From Raillietiella orientalis (taxonomy: Eukaryota), in NCBI GenBank assembly GCA_036172245.1, contig JAYWIR010000042.1:930001-994000 (forward strand): a stretch of 64,000 nucleotides of DNA. The letters run 5' to 3'. The first letter of the stretch is position 1. Each line of letters opens with the position of its first letter. Below the pieces are notes generated by a model that was not told the origin of the DNA, ran no database searches, and saw only the letters and a program-made list of their open reading frames with translations. The translations under genes were made by a program, and so were the position numbers. Positions 52,901 through 64,000 of the stretch are shown here, in pieces.

Positions 52901-55900
52901 GATATTTTCTTCTTCCAATGCTACCAGAACTGCAGGTGGAGGGAGTCACGTATCAACAGTTCGCAGAACGGGAGCAGATCCCGGTAGGGAGGGAGCTCGC
53001 GGCGGCAGTCGGGGCAAGCGAGCAGAGAGCCTCGGAGCGGGCAGCGACAGACGGGATCAGCGGATCCTTCCGAGCACGCCGGCGGGAAGGTCGCTCTCCT
53101 CGGAGCCCTGCACGTGAGAGACGGGCCCGCAGGAAAGCTGCATGGCTCTTTTGGGAGTACGGAGAGGTGAGAGAGCTTCCACCCCGGCGCGTCCCGTGTC
53201 TTGTCGGCAGCCTTCCAGCAAGGAGGCTCTGCGGGAACACGAAGAGCGATCGGTTCGCTACATCTCTAAAGGAGGAACGCAGGGAGACTCTGGTCGGAGC
53301 AGTGGAAGAAGGAAGTGGTGGGGAGAAGGAGGGGAGAGAAGTGGGACGATGAGAAAAGGAAGAGGATGGAGAGGGAGGAAAGGAAAAGAAGGAGGAAGAC
53401 CATGGGCGGGAAAACGCGCGCAACCCGAGCTTGAGGTTCCAAGGACGCAATGGGCGATGAATCAGGTTCCGCAAATCATGAAGCACGGCCCCATCTCCGT
53501 CCCCATTTGCGCGGACAAGCGATTGCAGGGCGCAGAGCAGAGCGGCGTACCCGCGGGCAGGGAAGAACCGCCACCCTTCCGGAGTCGGAACTCCTTTGCT
53601 ACCCCCTTCTTTCTTCCATGTGAGAGGCTCTCTCTACAATGCAGGTCCCTGGGCAGGGGTGCATGGGGGTTACTCCCGTCCCCCCTGCTTATTCCCTCAA
53701 CTGTCTGCTCCCCTTAGAGAAATTCCCCAAGCGGGTTCCCCCGTCCGCGGGTCGTCTGCGTTCTTCTCAGGAGGGGATTGAGGCACCCGTGGCCTGGAAG
53801 CAGCGGAAGTGTGAAACAGGAAGGAACCAATCTAATGGGGAGTGACGGAAGCGGGAGACTGAACAGGGAGCAGTGCTCAGGGCGGCGGCCAGGAGATGCG
53901 CGTGGATCAGCGGGACAGGACGAACCTGAACGAAGGGCTGCTGCGCCCCAGAATGGAGGGCATCACGGAATTGGCCTCGGAAGTCAAAAGGGATACGGGT
54001 CAAGTTCAATGCTGTTCCCTTTCTTCTTTCAGGGCTGCGTGTCCACCGAACAGTGGCGTCCTCCTTCCTCTTTCTCGCTTCCGAGTCCCCTCCGTTGGCC
54101 GTTTCTCGGCGGCAGCAGGACATTAAGAGCTCCACCGCCTCCGGCGGCACTCAGGTCGCTTACGTGTCCCGGAGAAATTCCTGACCGTTCTTGGGGAGCT
54201 CCTCCAGCTGCGGGACTCGAGATATCCTGGAGAGGTGCAAACCACCTCTGTTGAGAGGCTGCTGCTCAAGATCCCCCAAATGCCCGTCCAGCCGGGAACG
54301 GAAGAAGGGGTGAGCACTGGGGCGACCCGCACCGTCTCCAGGACGCGTCCGCACGCATTGCACTCCCTCGGGCCACACATCTCCTTCCAGGGAATGATCT
54401 CTTCCCACCCTCCCAAAGGGCAGGAATCCACTCTCGCTGCTCCTACTCTGGCACTCCTTGGCTCCGAAGGGGAGGTTTGCTGGCGCTCTCACAGAAAGGG
54501 AGCCGATTTTTTAGGGTGTCCCTCCCTCCTTCCCTGTCTGTGCATGCGCCTGCGGTGGCCCTGGGCTTGCCTCCTCTCTGCGAGCCGAGCCAACATGGCC
54601 CTCGCGACCCCCGCCTTCTGTTCGATGGGGAGCCCTCCGAGGACATCCAGAAGGGGGAAAAGAAAAAGAGGAAGGAGAGCAGGGAGGGATAGGTGAGGCT
54701 CAGGAGTGGGAAGCGGGAACCGCGCCGCAGTTCGGAACCCTTTCGGACTCCGCAGAGAGCAACAGGTTGGGCTGCCGTTCCCCTTTGCCTTTCTCCCTCA
54801 TCCCTTCCCGCCCTCCCGACCGGTCGTCCTCAGGTGCGCGAGTGAGGACGAGGGATGCGAGAAGGAAGAGGAAGCGCCTGAGCAGGGAGTGTCACCGCGG
54901 TGCCAGAAAGTGGACGGGGCAGGGATCGCAGAAACGCCGTCCAAGAGGGAAGACCTCCCAGAAAGGGGAAGGGGACAGCAGGCCCAGATCCCTTGAGTGC
55001 GCCGCTTCCAGACTTCACCGTTGGACGCCTCCTGGAAGAGCTCCCGAGAATCCCAAGGAATCCGCCCGTCGGCTCGCTGATCCTCTCCAGAATCTCTCGA
55101 AAAATGATAGGGTAACGCCCGAAACACCTCGCCTGAGCCCACCAATGAGGGGCGGCTTCCTTCCCCGGCCGGCCACCTCAGGGGGAAGCCACGTGTCCCG
55201 AGGGCGAACAAAAGTTTCGAAGGACCACTCCCGGTCACTGTTTGCGGTCTCTCTGGGAACTCACCGATCTTCCCAGTTTCCCTGTCAAAAGAAAGGGACG
55301 AGTGAGTGCGGTGTTCAGGTCAGGCAGCACCCTAGCAGATATTTTTTCCTTACCAGAATGCGTCACCTATTCCGAGAAGGGCTCGGGCCCTTCCGTTCCC
55401 TTGCTGTCAATGCTCCGTGCTCGAGGACGAGTCCGAAACGGGGCCCGAGGCCGTGGTCAGGTGACCTACTTCAGACTCCCGGAGACCCTTCCGTGCAGAG
55501 AGAAGCGAGTACAACCCTCACCGGGAGTGGCCATGCGTGACCGGAACCCGTAAAAACCCGGGAGGGAGCGAGGATCCGTTTGTCCGGAAGGCTGCCTTCC
55601 TGGCCCTCGCCTTTCGTGGTGTCAAGGACAGAGCCCGGAAAATCAATCGCCATGTCACCTCCTGCCCTCCCGATGATCTGGTTCTTGAAGATTTCCGCTG
55701 GCTTCCCTCCCAGCGGGTCGATCTTCACGATCTTTGCCCTGGAGCGCCTTATTGGTGGCGTTCTAAGACACCTCGTGAATCCTCAAGGGCTCATCGAGTC
55801 TCCTCCTTCCCCCTCGTTTCCTGGATAACCGCGCCGCGCTCTCTCCGTCTCCGGTGGTGGATGGAGGGCGTCTCGGTTTCCTCTTCCTCTTCCGAATGAA

Positions 55901-57144
55901 CTCTCATCTCATTGCCACTTCACCTCCCTGTCGACACCGTCTGCGGGACTCTCACCCAGCCTCTCACTGAAATCCGGGTGGGAAGAGGCTGGGGCCAACT
56001 CTGGAGAGCAAGGTCTACCCACTCGAAGGGGTTCGGGGAATCCGAAGCGCACGAAACGCTCTCCCTCTCCCCGTACAGCAGCGCCCGGAGAGAAGGAACC
56101 CCTTTTTTCCCCATGCTCCTACCTCCCTTGAGCTCCGGCCGGACGTTCCCACAAGGACTCAGCCGCTTCGTTTCCGGTTCGTAGGGGCCGACCACCGAAG
56201 GAGAAGTGCTGAGAAAAGGGCCCCATCCCTTGCAGGGGATTCCGGCGGCAGTCGGCGTCTAGGACGGGACCAGACCTCGTTTCGCCCCGACAGAGGTGAC
56301 TCCCCCCGCAGTGGGAACGAAAGGAGCGTTCCTTCCTATTCTCCAGTGCGTCCGAAGGTCGCTGACCCTCCCACTTGCCCGCTTTCCTAGAGGCATGCTT
56401 GCGAATTACTGCAGCCATTCTTTCCTCCCTTGTCCACTTCCTTCTCTTTATCTCCCTTCACCCCAACCGATTTCCTGAACTGGGACCTCCGGGAGCCGTG
56501 AGGAAGGAGGAAGAAACGCGCACCTTTGATGGCAGCCTCTTCTCCTCCCTTCCTCTTCCTTGGATCGAGTGGGAAAAGTCCGATGGAGAGATCTCACGCG
56601 AGCGGCAGTCTCCTCAAAACATTCCCCCCTTATCCTCCCTTCCCTAGCATCCGAAAGCATTTGGATGAAGCAGGGGGAGAGAGAGGGACGAAACCGGGGG
56701 GATCTCCCCGCAGAAACCTCCGGGACACGCCTCTTCTTTTCTTTTTCTCTGCAAGGCGCTTTTTGGGTTGGTGTGGGTTAGCAGTAGGCTGAGAAAAGCA
56801 GGAAAGGGGAAGAGAAGAAGAAGTGGTGGGAGGGAAGAGAAAAGTGGAAGGAGGAAGGTAGTGAAGGAAGGGACGAGGAAGGGAGGAAGGTGAGAAAAGG
56901 ACGAGGAGGATGAGTGGATTAAAAGAGAAAGAGGATGGAAGGAAGAGGAGGAAAAGAAGGAGCAGGGGGAGGCAAGGAAGAAGAAGACTTTGGTTTGCTT
57001 TTTTCCTTTACCTTGAGGTGCTCGTCCTCGGGAGGCGGCCGCTGAGAAGAAGCACAGGCAGAGCAGAGGCAAAAACAGCAGCACGATGGGGCGACGGCGG
57101 CAGCAGCGGCCATGGAGGAGGTGCGCGGCCCCGCTCCCGCTCAT
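37910..57144 (-). CDS. DIP: Dpr-interacting protein (DIP)/lachesin-family 3xIg cell-adhesion gene; join of complement(57012-57144, 48008-48108, 44517-44724, 44292-44450, 44097-44228, 39896-40186, 39770-39829, 38039-38122, 37910-37983), ~413 aa
   Basis: The spliced translation gives a signal peptide, Ig1 (C..VAWIRYRQSAILTVQNHVITRNPRISVSH..DRGMYMCQINT), Ig2 (VPPNI..VREG..LTCRATGSP.P.I.W.RED..YLCVARNGVPPSISKRI) and Ig3 (ECLVDSSP..YW..DFGEYECIARN). All introns are GT..AG with matching phases. The motifs QSAILTV.NHVITRNPRIS and CQINTV.AK recall Drosophila DIP-zeta/epsilon from memory; orthology is untested. Confidence 0.9.
38039..38122 (-). CDS. DIP exon 8, 84-bp stalk exon (VPFHYSPKERQDYLSSEADASFRSSIHP)
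   Basis: Strong polypyrimidine acceptor ttctcttccgacag, donor C|gtgagt, G/C-ending codons, phase 1 to 1. Confidence 0.65.
39770..39829 (-). CDS. DIP exon 7, 60-bp stalk exon (RAFLPEGDERIEGGNQQRIP)
   Basis: 66-bp upstream intron (same size class as the other short introns), acceptor gttttccag, donor CAG|gtaaac, open in phase 1. Confidence 0.65.
39896..40186 (-). CDS. DIP exon 6, Ig3 (FPPNVSAS...ECLVDSSP..YW...DFGEYECIARNTLGEMRAVITVH)
   Basis: Acceptor tgtttcag, donor A|gtgagt; 291 bp, phase 1 to 1; Ig Cys/Trp/D-x-G-x-Y-x-C core. Confidence 0.93.
44097..44228 (-). CDS. DIP exon 5, C-half of Ig2 (VAKRRQGDTLHLESVSRSDMGWYLCVARNGVPPSISKRIHLTVE)
   Basis: 63-bp upstream intron, acceptor ctctcag, donor T|gtaagc; not in the ORF track, translated by hand. 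Confidence 0.93.
44292..44450 (-). CDS. DIP exon 4, N-half of Ig2 (VPPNILDEQSSRDARVREG...WEREDERGIPSGRGLQ)
   Basis: 66-bp upstream intron, acceptor ctctccag, donor AAG|gtaagg; 159 bp. Confidence 0.93.
44517..44724 (-). CDS. DIP exon 3, C-half of Ig1 (VAW...DRGMYMCQINTVKAKSSFAYLGVE)
   Basis: Acceptor ttccag, donor AAG|gtacca; 208 bp, phase 0 to 1. Confidence 0.95.
45290..45605 (+). repeat. Polypurine (GA-rich) low-complexity tract in DIP intron 2
   Basis: Mostly G/A (gaggag, gaagag); produces spurious Leu/Ser/Pro/Phe ORFs on the minus strand. Confidence 0.85.
47078..47149. repeat. ~70-bp direct repeat, copy 1 (partner 48595-48665)
   Basis: Shared core cactggggca(a/g)ttcctatgaaccc(t/c)actg. 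Confidence 0.8.
48008..48108 (-). CDS. DIP exon 2, N-half of Ig1 (EPEPEFADVIPNATVPVGRDVKFPCTVKNLGSYK)
   Basis: Acceptor ctttccag, donor AAG|gtgagt; typical DIP/lachesin P.F..I.N.TV.VGRD...C.V.NLG.YK motif. Confidence 0.93.
48595..48665. repeat. ~70-bp direct repeat, copy 2
   Basis: Aligns to 47078-47149 at roughly 80% by eye. Confidence 0.8.
50610..51400 (+). mobile_element. tRNA-derived SINE, copy B, in DIP intron 1
   Basis: B-box GGTTCGAATCC (50682-50692), then blocks shared with copy A (gcatcga..ccagag.aatggg, cctggatt..tagggt.gtccc..cgtgg..cctaact.gagagtt.cac..ggtgg.cgtgga). Confidence 0.7.
55005..55830 (+). pseudogene. Decayed LRR gene copy nested antisense in DIP intron 1
   Basis: Collinear: LPDFT..LEELPRI..SLILSRIS (55005-55097), LWELTDLPSFPV, EGLGPF, SRTEPG..AMSP (55622), LERLIGGVLRHLVNP (55739-55783), VSWIT. 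Confidence 0.45.
56790..56987 (+). repeat. Polypurine (GA-rich) tract at the 5' end of DIP intron 1
   Basis: Directly visible G/A-rich run next to the exon 1 donor. Confidence 0.85.
57012..57144 (-). CDS. DIP exon 1, signal peptide (MSGSGAAHLLHGRCCRRRPIVLLFLPLLCLCFFSAAASRGRAPQ)
   Basis: ATG at 57144, basic n-region then hydrophobic h-region; donor CAAG|gtaaag in phase 1, matching exon 2. Confidence 0.75.
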
Positions 57145-60100
57145 CGCGCCGGCTGCGGCGAGGAAGGGTACGGGACGCCGCCGATACGGGAGCTGTCTTC
57201 CGGCTCTCCCGTGGGGACCTGCAAGCAGGACGAGCGGGGGACGGGGAATGCGTCGCGCTCCGCTCCCTCCGTACGGCGCCACTCAGACGAGGCGGCGTGC
57301 GCGCGGCGCTCCCGCTGACAGCCTCTTCCCTCGCTCCCTCTCCTTCTCCCCCTCTTCCTTCTTTATTCCATTCCTTCTCCTCCCCTTCTCTCGCACCCTT
57401 TTCTTCGCACGCTCGAGCGGCGCACTTCCTCGGGGCGGGCCAAGGTGCGCCGCTCGCCGCATCCGCCCGAGAAGCGGCGGCTACTCCAAAGGTCGCTTCC
57501 CCTATCCCCCCCCCCCCTGCGTGCTCGTGTGGGTTTTGCTGCGGCTGCGGGAAGGAGTAGATGCATGCCAGATGTAAGGGAACCGTTCCTCCCTGGAGAG
57601 AGTGGGCACCGAGAGAGCGGGACTCTTGGGTGCGATCGGACAAGGGAGGCAGTCGGACGAAGAGCGAAGGAAACCCGGCGGAAGGCAAGGACCTGGGAGC
57701 GGCTTGCTTGACCGGCGGCGGCTGCTTCAGGAGATGAGCTGGAGGGAACAGGCAGAAGAGGCGGAATTCTTCTCGCAGGAGCAGGCGGAGACCTCCGGAC
57801 CACTGGCCGCGACCTACTCTTGCCCCACTGCGACCCCGCGTGGGCAGCGACGCCGCCGCTCCAGAGCAGTGGAGCTGCGGGGCTGCACTCCGTGGAGAGG
57901 TAACGAGGGAAGAGGAAGCGGCTCTTTCCTGCGGCCCCCGGCAGCGTGAAACCGCGGCTGTCTCCATGGTTATCCTCTGCTAGAAGCCTTGCAGCTTTTG
58001 CCGTCCTGTCGTCGTGGTTACCTCCTCCGCAAGAAGCCAGGATTGGCTCAGTTGAAGGGAAATGACTCTGTGGCGGCGATGGGCGTCCAGGAGCCTTCAG
58101 TCCGGTGTCTGCGTTCTTCTTCAGCACCCTCAGGGCTTAGGGTGGCTCTCTCAGGGCTCTGAGTTACCCTGGACTCCGGGAACAAAATCAGGAGAGATGA
58201 GGAGGGAGAAAAGAGGAGAAGAAAGGGGGAGAAAGAGTGGGGAGGAGTGGAAGGTGGCCACGACCTCATCCCGAGCCGATGAAAGAATCCCGGAAGTGAG
58301 GGTAGGGTGACGCGATTTGACGATGCGGATCGGATTGGCAGGGGGGGAAAGAGGCCCGGGGTGGATGGGAAGGGAAGGGAGACTGCCCTTTAAGGAAGCA
58401 CGCAGGATCCAGGGATCTCCCAAAGGTGCTCTCCTCCGGGAGCGGGAAGTCAGAGATCGGCTTTCGGTACCAGCAGGATCTGAGAAAGAGAGGGAAGAAA
58501 GGGAGGAAGGGGAGGAAGAGGCTGTGCTAAGAGCCTGACCGAGGCAACCTCCGTGCAATCCCAGGACAGCTGTCTCTCTGCCGATGATACCACGCCAGAT
58601 ATGCGTGCAGGCAGGAACGCTGGGAGTTTCTGGGCGGGTCTCAAAGTGGGAGGAGCAGTCCTCGCCATCGGGGACAGCAAGCCACGTGACCCGGAGACAG
58701 TGCGGCCGAAATGCACGGGAAGGCTGGAGTGAGCGACAGACAGAAACGGCCCCTTCCAGTCACCCCAGCCCTCCGCATTGCTGCTTGAGGAGGACGGAAG
58801 GCGGCCACGCAGGTGCTGGTTTCGTTGCTGAGGGGACCGGGAGTCCGAGGGAATCGGTGGAGGCGAAAAAGCGCGGGGAAGAGCCGCTGCTGGTCCGTCT
58901 ATCGCCAACAGCGCACGTGTCCCTCCTTCCAAGTCACGTGCCTCACCCTCTGGCCCCTTACTTCCCGTCCAAGGCAGAACCGCAGCTGTCGGCAGCTCAC
59001 CCCCTGGAGGAAGCGGAAAGCAGAACCATCCATGGGAACGCCTCCCGTCCCAACCGCAGAGTGCGGCTTCCTCTCTTCACCTCGTACACCCCGCCGATCA
59101 CAAGAGCGCGGCCCTTTCCCCTTTATCGGGGCGCTGCCCAGCTGAACTTCCTTCCACGGAGAAATGAGTCGCGCGTCCCTGTCCCCTTCCAAAGGATCGC
59201 GCTGTCCGGGCATGGAGTCTCTTCCGGGAGCACCGCAACCGGAAAACGCCGGCGAAGGGCTACTGTCACCCCTCACGTCCCGGGAGCGAGCTCGGGCAAG
59301 AAAACGCGTGTTCGAAATGCTCTTCCGGGAACACCTCCTCCCGGAAAAGAGCACCCTCTTTCTCTCCCGGGGACTTCAAGGTAAAGTGGAAAAGCCAACA
59401 AGAGTCTCTTTTCCGCTGCCTCACCTCCGCCTCCTCCCTTTCTGCTTTCGTCTTTCTTCCTCCTCGACGGAGGGATGGAGTCCCCTGACTAGGGAGAATC
59501 CCGAAATAGGGAAAAGAGGAATACGGGAAGCCAGAGACGTGCCCGGAAGGGGAAACGCAAGGAGAGCACGAGGTTCGGGGAACGCAGAACTTTGCGTCCT
59601 TGAAATTTCGGAACTGTCGGGTAGCAGCGTCCTTCGCGGAAGCAGGTTGGGGGACCCCTGGGAACCTGGTATTCTCCGGGACACAGGAGGCGTTCTCTCG
59701 GACCGGCGATCCCGGAGAGGAAGACACACGGCAGCGCACCTCCGGAACCGAGGCGCCTGCTCCTTCTCTCGTTCAGTCATAACTTTGTTTCTCTCTTTCG
59801 TTCCCGTGGGAGACACCGTCCTGGGTGAGTGGAGCGTCTGAGGGAAGATTTGGGGAGAGGTGTTCCACGACTTCCTCCCTCGGGCCGTCGTGTCCGAGGG
59901 AGAGCGCGGCTCTCCGAGAAAGCTGGGAAGTCCAGGTGAAAAATGGAGGCTCCGTGGGAGCAAGCGGACCGAGGAGGAAGTCGCTCCCGCTCCCAGCCGA
60001 TCGTTCCGATGGGAGTGGGCTTTCCCTGATCCTCCTCCTCCTCCACCCCCTCCTTCCTTCCCCCCCCCCCTTCCCTCCTCGATTCCTCCTCCTCCAGGAG

Positions 60101-63100
60101 AAGCAGCGGAAAAACTTTTCCCATTCAATCGGAAACCGTTCCCTGATTTCCATTTCGCGATCCGGGCTAGCTCGGGTTTGGCGTTCCTGGAGGCCTCCCT
60201 GTCTCGATAAATAATGGTTGTTTTTCTTCTGTCTCGGGAACCTCTTCCTCCTGGGCGAAATCATTTCCTACTTTATCCGGCTTGAAAAACTCCCGAAATC
60301 CTATCCCGATTCTCATTAAGATAACGATTTTCCTCCCGCTTAATCACTCACACGCTTCTTTGTCGGTTTCTTCCCTATCGATTGCCTCCCCCCGAACGTA
60401 TTGAATCCTCTGGCATTCCCGCGCCTCTCCCCCCTCCTCCCTTTGCCCAGTGGACGAGGGCGCCTTTCAAGAGCTTCCTTGGAGCGAAAAATTCATCCCC
60501 CCACTTCCCTGCTGCGCCCGCTGGCTTTGCTCAGTGCCTGTCTCCTCCTTTCCCTTTCCGGGACGCCCCGCGCCGCATCGAAAGCCCTGCACTGCTTCGC
60601 GTCCCGGCGCCATCCTCCGCGGAGGAAAGCTCTTCTGCCCTACAGCCCCGCCTCGCGCCGCTTCCGGGGAAGGAGCAGCGGAAGGGTGTAGGCGCTTCTC
60701 CCTCTGGTCCTCCTCACAGCAGCCACCTCTTTCCTCCGGGTCGCTCCGCCCTTGACTTCCTCAGCTTCCCCTCCCACCCTGTATCCCGCAACGCCTCCGA
60801 ACGGATTCTTCACCAGCGCCTCCCGCGTGATTGGCGCGTTTTTTTCCCACCCTCTCTGAGTGGCGCACCGCTGACCCACGTGACTCCGTCGCGTCATCTG
60901 TTCCAGACCCAGCTACGTTAGCTGCAACAGGTTTGCGAAATTCCCCTCGCTGCAAGACCTCAGCTGCTCTCCCAAGCCGCTCTCAGACCGACCATCCAGA
61001 CAGTGTCTCTGACGTTGTCCACTGACGATCTTGGAATCAACCCAGACGTGCTTTGTCCACAGACCCACTCCATTCCCAGCAGACATAGCCTATAATCCCT
61101 ACGACGAACATCAACTGCAAGAGCGTTGCCACGGCAGTGTGCCCTGCAGCTATCACAGAGGGAAGCTTGTGATGAGTTCGTGACCGCGACAAGATGAACT
61201 CTGGCGATGCTTCCTGCTCCTGCATCCGTGACTCACGGAGGCCACCGCTCATCAGCGTGCTGTCCTTCGCTTCTTCTGTCTTCTCTTCAGGAGACCGCAG
61301 CTTCCCCTCCCTCGGAAAGAGGCACAGAGACAGCAGACCTTTCCAGAGAAAGTGTCTCCACAACCTCCGTCGGGAGACAGGTCTCTTCGGCACAGAACAG
61401 CGGTGCTCCTCCTGCGAAGGAGAGTGAACGCTCGAGATTGGCCCTGCAGATGATTTCTTTGTTCTTGCGGGATCTTCGGTCTGAAAAACTCCCCACAGAG
61501 AAAAAAAAGGAGGGGGGGGAATTGCTTTCCACCCCTTTTCCACATCGCAGTTTATGCGAAGCGCTCGCATAAATTGTTCGCGGAGAGGGAGTTTTCTTCG
61601 CGGAGGCTGGAGGCTCGAGAATTCTTCCAGCAGCTGTCGCCGGCTGCATGTGCAGCAACGTCGGCAGAGCAAGCTGCCTGGACTGCGGAAGCTTCCCAAT
61701 AAGGGAGCGTGAAGAGAGGCTTCGAAACATGAATCCCCCCCCCCCCTACACACCAGAGAGAGTCGTCCCCCTGTTGAACAAGAAGGGACGGTGTTCCTCC
61801 GGAGATGCAACGGTGATGTCAGTGCCAAGGGATTTGGAACGTCCGTTTCTCCCACTGCAGATGATTTCAAGACGCAGTGATCAGGAAAGGCGTTCTAGGA
61901 TTGTGGAAAATTCTTTATTAGTAATCGTTCGTTCCAGGAGCCTCCAGGGACTTGCCTCTCATCTGGGAAGCAGAACTTCTGGATGAATCTGGGAACTCAA
62001 TATCCAATCTGTTGAGCATTTCTGGAGCAGTATTCTCAAGCATTCGTATCTGCCGGGTATTATTCCTCACGCCTGGGTGCTCTCTGTACCATCTGTTTCT
62101 TCTCGTGGCCCCTTAACAATTTCGTCACAAAGTGAACAGCGGAAGTCTCCGCCATCCGGAAGTTGCGGTCACGTGAGGTCTCTCTTTCCCCTCCGGTAGA
62201 AAATCAGCTTCGGCACTTTGTCCTCTCGACCCATTCGTGGGATGCTGCGTTCCTGTGGCCTGCTTCTCGTTTGGTCCAGAGTTTTCCTTTCCTCTGGACC
62301 TCGTGAAGTTCACGAGGTCCAGAGGACGATCTCTTTGGTTGGCCCCCTGCTGCTCCTAGAAGTAACCTGTGCTTATCCTCAGTTGCGAGGGCTCTTTGAA
62401 TGTGAGAAAATTGCCCTTGGCAAAAGTGGGTTTGGTTCCAGTCCGCGGGGAGCGCAGGGACCTTCCTCCAGCTGAGGCGCCAGGGGCTTCTCTTTGCTTC
62501 GCTTGCGTCCCGCTTGTGCTTCTGGCTCCTGCATTTGGCTCGAGAGAACCAAAACGCAGAACAGGAACTTTGCGAAGAATCCAGTGGTGAGTCGTCCTCC
62601 GAGGAAGATCTCCGAACCTCTGTGCTCTTCCTCGATCACGGTAAGCACTTCGATCCTGCCCCGCCACATTTGAGCGTACTCTTCCTATTCGTCAGCGTTC
62701 TTGATTTTGTTTTTCTCTCTTCCCCCTTTTTTCGTTCCTCCTTCCCCACTGGCACATCGCTCAGAAATGCTCCATGGCAACGTTCTATTCCTGGATCTCC
62801 TCGAGCATCCGGAACTTGTGTCGAGAACGGGAGCTACGAGAAATCCGAATCACAAGGGCTGCTTCCGGACCAAGGGCTCAAAGAACGGAAGTGATGCTTG
62901 AGGACGGCGCACGGGGCTTCTGAAATCCTTCCGCCATTCGCCCAGAAGGCGATCCGATCTGACCCGATAAGAAAACAGGAATGAAAGTCTATCAACCTGC
63001 TTACAGACTGTTGAGCTGGCGGGCAGCATTCCTCAGGGTTTGCCGAGGCTCCGATCCCTTGAAGGGCTCGTAAACATCAGAAGGGAATTTTTCCTTCGGA

Positions 63101-63570
63101 GATTTATGGTCCTCGCTGAGAATGAGACATCGGATTGCCAACAGAAGCATGCAGCTAGGAGCATACTGGAAGAAGAGACGTCGTGGGGAGGGATGATTTC
63201 AATTGAGACATGAAAAACAGCTGACAGTTAAATCAAGGGGGCACAGTAAGATCAGGATGCTGCGATAAAAGAAAATCCGGCTTTTGAGATGCGTAAACAT
63301 GGAAACAGCATGTAAGATATGCAAACCGACCTGTTAATGGCATCAGCATTTTCAACGCCCATCAAGATATTTCTGTCCCTGGAATCCTGAACATCTCTTC
63401 CTCTCGTCAAAGGTTATCCCTCCATTAAAAGGCGACAGTTGTGATGATCCCAAGTAGCGAGCGTTTCCAGGATCGCTGAGCGATGCGCGTCGCCAAGGCC
63501 TCGAGGAAGGTCGCCGAGTCCGACACCACTCGGCTCCCTGAAGCATTCTCGAAGTCAGAAGCGAAGTCCC

Positions 63571-63795
63571 TTGAAGGATTTCTTGTTGGATTACGTTTCG
63601 ATCCCTAAGCTCCAGGAGCAGCTGAGTAGCTCCTATGGAGGATACTCGCAATCATGGCACGTCTTCCAAGCTGGTTGCCGGGAGACAACCAGGGACATTT
63701 CTGCGATCCCACCTTTCAGTACAGCCAGAGTGCCCCTCGTGCTCGGTTTCTCGAAAAATTCAACTTCCTTCCGGCTCCCTGGCACACGAAACTAA
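63571..63795 (+). pseudogene. Decayed LRR fragment
   Basis: DISAIPPFSTARVPLVLGFSKNSTS resembles the xIxxxPxLxSxSLxxLxLxxNxI repeat seen in other copies. Confidence 0.3.
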
Positions 63796-64000
63796 TAGGA
63801 CGCATCGCAACCTGAAGAGCCAGCGACAGATTTCTAAGCAACGAAGGAGGAACAGACTCCTAGAGAAATAACGAAGCACAGGCTCTCTCGATAATTCACT
63901 ATTCCTTAGAGCCAAGGACCCATCTTCCGCCTCGAGACTTAGTGCGCGGATCCTGTAAGAAGCAGTTTGGGGGGGGGGGGGGATCTCGAAGTGCAGCGAT

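Noticed and set aside
57150..61000. Many long overlapping ORFs upstream of DIP exon 1
   Set aside because: High GC, low-complexity Arg/Pro/Ser/Gly translations in all frames; more likely 5' UTR or promoter sequence.

Overview
Eukaryotic (arthropod-like, plausibly crustacean) genomic DNA. The one clearly intact gene is a minus-strand, 9-exon, three-Ig-domain neuronal adhesion molecule of the Dpr-interacting protein (DIP)/lachesin family, about 413 aa, spanning 57144 to about 37910. It has GT-AG introns and consistent phases, but its terminal exon is uncertain. Most listed six-frame ORFs are not real genes. Read across frames, much of the intergenic and intronic DNA appears to consist of heavily decayed, frameshifted copies of one roughly 0.7-0.9 kb leucine-rich-repeat (LRR) coding unit. 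About 15-20 copies are visible by eye, on both strands, including inside the DIP introns. The window also has three copies of a long tRNA-headed SINE, a recent 150-bp duplication, a piggyBac-like terminus and several palindromes. The LRR and family assignments are by-eye motif recognition and need HMM/BLAST confirmation.
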